A DNA stretch of 64,000 nt from NCBI GenBank assembly GCA_002688775.1, contig NZDH01000004.1:54543-118542 (forward strand). Reading direction: 5' to 3'. Of the stretch, positions 57,932 through 64,000 are shown piece after piece. The translations under genes were made by a program, and so were the position numbers. Origin of the DNA: Candidatus Woesearchaeota archaeon (GTDB lineage: Archaea > Nanobdellota > Nanobdellia > Woesearchaeales > GW2011-AR4). The notes beneath the pieces were generated by a model. The model saw only the letters and a program-made list of their open reading frames with translations, was not told the origin of the DNA and did no database searches. Every line of letters starts with the position of its first letter. Positions within the stretch are counted from its first letter, which is position 1.

Positions 57932-60220
57932 TCAAACAACATTAACATTAATCAATTGCGTAACAGAATGAGTGCCATCGCTTACAGTTACTTTAACAGC
58001 TTTATTTCCTCTGCTTGTGAAAGTTCTTTGATGGTATTGCGTCCCTTTGTGCCTGTCAAAAAGACCGAAATCCCAGGTGTAAGTCAATTGGTTGTTGTCA
58101 TCGTCAACTGCTTTGACGAACATAAGGACTGGATCATTGACTTTTACAACTAAGTTTCTGCTATAATCAACTATTCTTGGAACTGTGCTTTGTGCAGCTG
58201 CCACTTGGCTGCTGCCATCCTGAATTACAACCTGATTGAATACTTTTGTTTCCCTGACTGTGACATTTATTTTACGAATTGACAGGTAGACTGTATCATT
58301 GAATAATAATCCTAATTCCTTGTCCGAATCGCGTACGAACACGTTCATCACATGATGCGCTTCATCTATTCCATCGCTTACAGTCACTATGACAGTTTTT
58401 GATCCAGGCGTAGTATAAACTCTTTGAAGATTTTCACCAGCTTTGTATTTCTCCAAAAGACCGAAATCCCAGGTGTAAGTCAATTGGTTGTTGTCATCGT
58501 CAACTGCTTTGACGAACATAAATACTGGCTGGTTTACATCTGTTATAAGGCCTTGAGTTGCATTAATGATTCTTGGAGGCCTGTTTTTATCGGTTACTTC
58601 AACTTTAGCGACTTGTTTTGAGGTTGCCTGGCCGTCGCTTGCAGCAAATACAAAATCAAAAGTTTTTGGCCCTTGGTAATTGGCAATAAATGAATGAGGC
58701 ACCCAAGTGAAAACATTTTCCTTTAATGTGAAGTCTGCAGGGGGGTTCTCTATGGAATAAGAAATATGGTCGCCATCTGGATCATGCGCATCAAGTACAA
58801 TAGTTACAGTATCCCCTTCATTTGCTTTAATATCCTTAATCTTATTTAATACTGGGGCCCTGTTAGATTGTCGAATGATTATTTGCACATTCTTTGAATC
58901 TTCCAATCTTCCATCGCTTACAGTCACTGTGACAGTATGGTTTCCTGCATCGTCAAATCCTGATTCATAGGTGTCAGAATTCATGAATCCCGAATAACTG
59001 AAGCTTAATTTATCGCCATCAAGATCGTATGCTTTAGGGGCAATGTTTACTGTTTCTCCTTCATTGATTGTCATAGTATCAAAATCTTCCAAAATTGGTG
59101 CCCTATTCACGTCTCTGACGGTTATTATAACATTACGGACAACTCTTTGGTCCTGTGAAGAAGCAACAAATTTTACGTAAAAGCTTTTAGTCAATATGTT
59201 AAGCTTGTCCATCACATAATCCACGAAATCATCTTTTTTGACAGTATCAAATCCAGGAGTCCATGTAAAAACATTCTCTTTAAATTCTGCCCCTGCAGGA
59301 ATCCTTTCTACACTATAGGTGACTTCTTCGCCATCAGGGTCTGTTGCGCTTAAAGTTATGATTATCTCCTGGTTTTCATTGATAACTTTACTGCCGATCC
59401 TGTCAAAAATTGGCGGCCTGTCTACGTTATTCACAACAACTTCCGCATCTGTTTCACCGCTAAATCCATTTCCTTCTGCTTTTACATTTATGTTGTAAGA
59501 GCCTTCACCATCATAAGTTGTCTGCCACTCGTTTCTGTTGCCAAGAGGCTCAGAAATTGTGTAGGTAAGGCCGTATTTTTCAAAATCAAGAAGTTCCAAT
59601 CTTGCAATCTCATTTTCATTGACAGTTACGTCTTGGATATCATCAAGTAATCTTTGAATATCAATATCCTGCACATTTACATCTCTTTCTTCACTTACTT
59701 TATGCAGACCATCTGATACTATTACAATCACTTTGTGGGTGCCTGCATCGCTGTACGAAGTGCTATAGAAATATTCCTGGCCTTCTTTGACTATTGTTCC
59801 ATCTAAATACCATTCGTAAGTTAAAGGATCATTGTTTAAGTCGCTTGCAGAAACTCTGAATTGTATTGTATCACTTTCCTTAGTGTTTACAGGATCCTCT
59901 TCTGGAACAAAAAGATCAATGGTTGGAGGTTCTTCTTTTCTTTCAACAATTATTAGTATATCCTCAGAATCGATTGCAAGGCCATCAGAAACAGTTATTG
60001 CTGTTTTGTATTCTCCAGCATCGCCGTATGTGGTCTGCCACGATCCATTTTCGTTTAATGGAGAATCATAGGTTGTGACCAAGTCATCATTATCCGGATC
60101 TATAGCTTCCGGCTTTAAGTTTATTTCATCAGTCTCTTGGATTACAAATGTGGTAAGAGAGTATACAAAATAGGGAAACACCAGAAATATAATTACTAGT
60201 AATGCAATGTTTCTCTTCAT
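57932..60220 (-). CDS. secreted surface protein with multiple PKD-like Ig-fold repeats
   Basis: A signal peptide opens the protein. The unit LTYxWxxDG...Y.Y.TxY.DAGxHxVxVxVSDG recurs, with TYTWDFGL as the PKD signature. Confidence 0.7.
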   Translation of the reverse strand: MKRNIALLVIIFLVFPYFVYSLTTFVIQETDEINLKPEAIDPDNDDLVTTYDSPLNENGSWQTTYGDAGEYKTAITVSDGLAIDSEDILIIVERKEEPPTIDLFVPEEDPVNTKESDTIQFRVSASDLNNDPLTYEWYLDGTIVKEGQEYFYSTSYSDAGTHKVIVIVSDGLHKVSEERDVNVQDIDIQRLLDDIQDVTVNENEIARLELLDFEKYGLTYTISEPLGNRNEWQTTYDGEGSYNINVKAEGNGFSGETDAEVVVNNVDRPPIFDRIGSKVINENQEIIITLSATDPDGEEVTYSVERIPAGAEFKENVFTWTPGFDTVKKDDFVDYVMDKLNILTKSFYVKFVASSQDQRVVRNVIITVRDVNRAPILEDFDTMTINEGETVNIAPKAYDLDGDKLSFSYSGFMNSDTYESGFDDAGNHTVTVTVSDGRLEDSKNVQIIIRQSNRAPVLNKIKDIKANEGDTVTIVLDAHDPDGDHISYSIENPPADFTLKENVFTWVPHSFIANYQGPKTFDFVFAASDGQATSKQVAKVEVTDKNRPPRIINATQGLITDVNQPVFMFVKAVDDDNNQLTYTWDFGLLEKYKAGENLQRVYTTPGSKTVIVTVSDGIDEAHHVMNVFVRDSDKELGLLFNDTVYLSIRKINVTVRETKVFNQVVIQDGSSQVAAAQSTVPRIVDYSRNLVVKVNDPVLMFVKAVDDDNNQLTYTWDFGLFDRHKGTQYHQRTFTSRGNKAVKVTVSDGTHSVTQLINVNVV
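58058..58522. repeat. intragenic ~70-bp near-identical direct duplication (copies at ~58058-58125 and ~58455-58522) within the PKD gene
   Basis: The shared sequence is aagaccgaaatcccaggtgtaagtcaattggttgttgtcatcgtcaactgctttgacgaacataa. The antisense track ORFs 57911..58153 and 58424..58621 share KTEIPGVSQLVVVIVNCFDEHK. Confidence 0.8.
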
Positions 60221-60376
60221 TTATTTCCCCCAACGGTTTAAAATTTAAAAATGTCAAAAATTTTCCACCAGTTTTAAACTGGTAGCTGGAAAGCTAAGTA
60301 TCAACTCTTTGTAGAAAATTTTTGATCATGCTCAAGAATCACTGGTCTGTGACCGGTGATTCTTGACAAATAAATA

Positions 60377-61462
60377 TCACTCTTTTTGCAATACATCTGT
60401 TATGACTGGAGGCCTGTTTTGATTCTCAACAGCTACTGTAAAAGTCTGTGAGGATTCATCTTGACCATCGCTTGCAGTTACAGTAACTTCGTAAGTGCCT
60501 GCACTGTCATAATCTGTTTGCCATCTGAAAACATTATCTTCCTGCTCAAATCTGCCATCGTCTATTTCATAAGTTACAGGATCTTCGTCATCATCTGTTG
60601 CTAATGCAGTTATTATAACTAAGTCGGTTTCTTTAACTTCTATGTGGTCTAAATCCTCTAAAACTGGCCTTCTGTTAACATTTCTAACTTCTACAGACCA
60701 AATCTTACTTGCACTTGACAATCCATCTGAAACATCAATTTTAACAGTGTGTGTGCCTGCGTCATCATAGGTTGTCTGGTATGTGTATTCTGCGTCATCT
60801 CCAACATCCAGGCCGTCAAGTTTCCATGAATAGGATAAAGGATCGTTGTTCAAGTCGCTTGCAACAACACTAAAATCTATAGATTCTGTCTCATCAATAA
60901 CTAATCCACTTTCAATTGGCCATGCACTGTCAATTGTTGGTGATTCTTCTTTTTTATTAACAATAATCAAAACATCTCTTGTTGTTGCTAATTCTCCGTC
61001 TGAAACAGTAACAGTAATTGTATACTCTCCGGAATCACCATAAATTGTCTGCCATTCGCCGGCATCGCTTATTGGAGAAGTAAATGTAAAAGTCAAATCA
61101 TCCCTATCAGGATCTTCTGCTTTTGGTATTAAGCTGATAAGATCTGTTTCCTGAACAACTAAAACAATAGGATTTTCTTTTTCTTCATCAACTACAATAA
61201 TGGTTGGTTCCTCTTCAGTTTCTTCTTCATCTGATACTTCTTCTTCAACATCTTCTTCTGTCTCTTCTTCCATGTCTTCTTCTGAATCTTCATCATCATC
61301 TACAGTTTCCTCGTCCCCATTATCCTGGACATCTGGCCCTTGTGTAGTATTTCCATAAAGAGTTTGATAAACCTCGCAACTGCTTAATAAAAATATAGAA
61401 AGCACTAATAATACAATCAATGATTTTGTTTTGAAATTGATCATAAACCCTCCCATTGCCAT
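60377..61462 (-). CDS. secreted surface protein with PKD-like repeats and an acidic D/E-rich N-terminal stretch
   Basis: A signal peptide is followed by DDDEDSEEDMEEETEEDVEEE and PKD-like units with SDG-ending strands. Confidence 0.65.
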   Translation of the reverse strand: MAMGGFMINFKTKSLIVLLVLSIFLLSSCEVYQTLYGNTTQGPDVQDNGDEETVDDDEDSEEDMEEETEEDVEEEVSDEEETEEEPTIIVVDEEKENPIVLVVQETDLISLIPKAEDPDRDDLTFTFTSPISDAGEWQTIYGDSGEYTITVTVSDGELATTRDVLIIVNKKEESPTIDSAWPIESGLVIDETESIDFSVVASDLNNDPLSYSWKLDGLDVGDDAEYTYQTTYDDAGTHTVKIDVSDGLSSASKIWSVEVRNVNRRPVLEDLDHIEVKETDLVIITALATDDDEDPVTYEIDDGRFEQEDNVFRWQTDYDSAGTYEVTVTASDGQDESSQTFTVAVENQNRPPVITDVLQKE

Positions 61463-61575
61463 ATATTAATATCAAATAAACTGTTGCTATTTAAAAATAG
61501 CAACTTATATTTAAACTTTGTGGTAGTTAAAGCTTATTTTAGGTAGAAATTCCGGCTTTATACGGAAGTATATTA

Positions 61576-61683
61576 TGGGCCTGCTCAGATTTGAACTGAG
61601 GACCAATCGATTATCAGTCGATCATTCTAATTGTCTAGTTAACCGGCAATTTGCTGGCAACTTCCAGACTGAACTACAGGCCC
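61576..61683 (-). tRNA. tRNA-Ile(GAT) with ~35-nt insertion in the D-arm/D-loop
   Basis: The minus-strand read is GGGCCTG-TA-GTTC-[AGTCTGG...52 nt...GAAT]-G-ATCGA-CTGATAA-TCGAT-TGGTC-CTCAG-TTCAAAT-CTGAG-CAGGCCC-A. The acceptor, anticodon and T arms are canonical. Confidence 0.7.
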
Positions 61684-61691
61684 AAAATAAA

Positions 61692-61764
61692 CGCCTCCGA
61701 CCAGACTCGAACTGGTGACCTTATCGTTAACAGCGATACGCTCTACCTACTGAGCTACAGAGGC
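61692..61764 (-). tRNA. tRNA-Asn(GTT)
   Basis: The minus-strand read is GCCTCTG-TA-GCTC-AGTAGGTA-GAGC-G-TATCG-CTGTTAA-CGATA-AGGTC-ACCAG-TTCGAGT-CTGGT-CGGAGGC-G. Confidence 0.8.
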
Positions 61765-61820
61765 ACATACATTTTTAGATTAAAAGTTTAATTTATATAG
61801 GTTTCGATGAGAGAAAGTAA

Positions 61821-63311
61821 TTAAAAATTAACATCTTCAATTTCTTTTTTTATCACAACTTTTCCCGTTATTGATCTCAGCATATGACCTGTAATCTCAA
61901 TATCATAAAACTTTTTTAACTCAAGTCTTCCCTTTACACCAACAATCAAGGGATAAGTGCCGAATTGCCTGCAGAAAGTTGTTTTGCCATCATAAATTTC
62001 AGCATAGCAATTTGTGAGCACTGTTTCTCTGGGAACAATCCTTTGGAGCATTGGCCAGTCAATATTTTGCCTGATGTCGTTTCTCCATTTCCAGTAAAAT
62101 TTTTTGTTCTTTCTCAGGAATTTATCTTTTCCTTCATTGTAAAGGGAAGTGCCTTCAAAAATTGCAACTTGTCTTATGTTTATTCTTCTAAGCATCAGGC
62201 CTTCATCATAAATTTTCTTTAGCCATTTCATGTTTTCTTCATGGGTTTTTTTGCTTTCTGCCCTTAATCCGAAGATGATGTTAATGCCGGGCAGGTATCT
62301 TGGCATTCCATCTTGGCCTGTGTCTGCACCGTATTTGTTGAGGATCCTTATTGCTTCATAGGCTATGTTTGGAGCGGTATTTAGGGTATTGGCCTTCACA
62401 ACTTCCATATCGAAGCTTTCAATTCCAAAAGCAGCTATATTACCAGAAGTGCAATACTTTACAACGGCTTTTGTAATTTCGTGGTTTTTATCCATAACGA
62501 CTTTAACCGGGTTGACATTGTCTATATGCAGAACTTTTAGTTCCGGACAATTTTTTCTGATTTCTTTTAACAGATCAATTGCATAAGGCAAGGTGTAAAA
62601 ACAAGTTTGTTTTCCCAGTCTAAAAAAGCGTGCTCCTAATTTGTAGAATTCCGTGATTTCTTTTAATACGTCGTCTTTATCTCTGAATTCAACCCTATTT
62701 TTTATTGGCTCTGTGCAAAAGCTGCACTTCCCAATATCGCAGCCATGGCCTGTCTCAATCTCTATCATTCTATAATCAGGTATTTGTTTCAGGATTTGTG
62801 CACCTTCAACAGAATAATCTTTCACATCAGAATATTTGAATCTGAAAAGGGAGTAATCTATTTTGTCGAATAATGTCAGATCTGCTTTTTCACGAAATTT
62901 GCCCCCGTGCAATTGAGTGCCAAAAACAGCAGGTCCTGTAAGTATTTTTTTACATTTCAAATCTTTAATCAAGGGCATTATTTCATGCAAAGTTCCAGGC
63001 ACAGCAGATAAGTATTTGCCAGGCACGTGGATACCCAGAACAACAATTAAAGTATCGGTTTCCTCTAATATTTTTTTGACATCTTTATAGTTTGATGTTA
63101 AATTATAAGTTGTAATATCTGTTTTCTGTGATGGTTTTGTTTCTTTGACTCTTGAATTATGCTTTCTCCAAAGTCTTAAATCATCAATTGTTAGATAATG
63201 CACATCTTCATCAAGATAGCCTGCTATATATCTGGGATAAGTTCCGAGATATGGGGGAACTCCTAATCCTGCTGGTTCATCTGTATAGCAGTCCAATATT
63301 GTGTATTTCAT
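61821..63311 (-). CDS. radical-SAM-like Fe-S enzyme with N-terminal B12-binding-like domain (function unknown)
   Basis: ETGHGCDIGKCSFCTE gives a C-x4-C-x2-C cluster motif. I recall the N-terminal DCYTDEPAGLGVPPY from an archaeal radical-SAM subgroup. Confidence 0.45.
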   Translation of the reverse strand: MKYTILDCYTDEPAGLGVPPYLGTYPRYIAGYLDEDVHYLTIDDLRLWRKHNSRVKETKPSQKTDITTYNLTSNYKDVKKILEETDTLIVVLGIHVPGKYLSAVPGTLHEIMPLIKDLKCKKILTGPAVFGTQLHGGKFREKADLTLFDKIDYSLFRFKYSDVKDYSVEGAQILKQIPDYRMIEIETGHGCDIGKCSFCTEPIKNRVEFRDKDDVLKEITEFYKLGARFFRLGKQTCFYTLPYAIDLLKEIRKNCPELKVLHIDNVNPVKVVMDKNHEITKAVVKYCTSGNIAAFGIESFDMEVVKANTLNTAPNIAYEAIRILNKYGADTGQDGMPRYLPGINIIFGLRAESKKTHEENMKWLKKIYDEGLMLRRINIRQVAIFEGTSLYNEGKDKFLRKNKKFYWKWRNDIRQNIDWPMLQRIVPRETVLTNCYAEIYDGKTTFCRQFGTYPLIVGVKGRLELKKFYDIEITGHMLRSITGKVVIKKEIEDVNF

Positions 63312-63514
63312 AGTTATTTAGTATGGTTTATCATCTTAAAAAGGTTTTGAATGTGATAAAAACGTCAAAAACCAACAGACAATTTTGTCTCGGTTTTTGA
63401 GCGTGATCGAAAATACACCATAATACCCAGCTGCATATGAGTTATATGCGTCCATTAAAGACTGATGGTGTATTATTCGACACATTTAAATTAACACAGT
63501 GAATCTATTTTCAT

Positions 63515-64000
63515 ATGCTAACATTAATTGCGATTATTTTATTTCTAATAATTATGGTAATCTTATTTTTGATAAACTTCTATAAGGATCCTGAAAGGAA
63601 GATTCCAAAAGGCAGCAATATAGTTGCTCCGGCAGATGGAAGAGTGATAAGTATAATAGACATGTCGGCAAATCACAAAGTGATTTCCGATCATGCTCGA
63701 AAATCTTCGATTTTCGACACATCAAAGAAATATATAACAATAAAAAAAGGCATTCTTGGAAAAATCAAAGTATGGTCGAAGGATATAGCGAAAGAATGTT
63801 TGGTTGTTTCAATTTTCATGTCGCCTTTTGATGCACATATAAACAGAGCGCCGATAGAAGGCATTGTAAAATCAACAAAGCATACAAAAGGCAGATTCTT
63901 CAAGGCTTATGATTTAGAAAAAAGTTTTAGGAATGAAAACAACCAGATTGTAATTTCAAATAAAAAAATAAAAATTAAAGTTATACAAATTGCTGGATTT
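63515..64000 (+). CDS. psd: phosphatidylserine decarboxylase-like protein (3' end outside window)
   Basis: The ORF is open from the ATG at 63515 to the window end. An N-terminal TM helix precedes FMSPFDAHINRAPIEG, which matches the PSD MSPxDxHRxxAP motif. It is absent from the ORF track because it has no stop. Confidence 0.6.
   Translation, partial: MLTLIAIILFLIIMVILFLINFYKDPERKIPKGSNIVAPADGRVISIIDMSANHKVISDHARKSSIFDTSKKYITIKKGILGKIKVWSKDIAKECLVVSIFMSPFDAHINRAPIEGIVKSTKHTKGRFFKAYDLEKSFRNENNQIVISNKKIKIKVIQIAGF

Noticed and set aside
63552-63903. Two overlapping minus-strand ORFs
   Set aside because: They are antisense to the Psd-like ORF, which carries the PSD catalytic motif.
1-64000. CRISPR arrays, cas genes, IS transposases, integrases, rRNA genes
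   Set aside because: I saw no regularly spaced direct repeats with unique spacers, and I recognise no transposase (DDE), integrase or rRNA-like regions. The only GGDEF/Cas10-palm-like protein stands alone without cas neighbours.

Overview
This 64 kb window is AT-rich, gene-dense archaeal chromosomal DNA. Most intergenic spacers are short, many genes overlap at start/stop, and Shine-Dalgarno-like GGAGG motifs sit upstream of many starts. The gene content looks archaeal, apart from the few bacterial-type enzymes noted below. The archaeal-type genes are ABCE1, aIF5A, deoxyhypusine synthase, Orc1/Cdc6, HerA plus Mre11, RNase HII, TrmI, translin, a Hel308 fragment, a COG1855 PIN-ATPase-KH protein, and intron-bearing tRNAs. 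The bacterial-type genes are a GAD-containing AspRS, an RsuA-like pseudouridine synthase and a GGDEF-like protein. By inference this fits a small-genome DPANN-like archaeon. There are five tRNA genes, all on the minus strand: iMet-CAT, Ser-GCT, Arg-GCG, Ile-GAT and Asn-GTT. Three of them carry insertions that look like introns, and two of those sit in the D-arm. I found no CRISPR array, rRNA, transposase or integrase. The most unusual features are a 1327-aa mosaic membrane protein, three tandem paralogous membrane proteins, an AspRS-YbaK fusion, a GGDEF-like protein in an archaeal context, an orphan Hel308 C-terminal half, a lone A/V-ATPase subunit I, a free-standing LAGLIDADG protein, a small palindromic repeat family with one copy inside a coding sequence, and two tiny SD-led ORFs missing from the ORF track. 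The 1327-aa mosaic membrane protein (9334..13317) combines a signal peptide, transmembrane segments, a coiled coil, a tyrosine-rich YGAP tandem repeat, a GT4 glycosyltransferase and a J-domain-like tail, and it is translationally coupled to a winged-helix regulator. All functional calls come from motif-level reading of the translations; I ran no database search.
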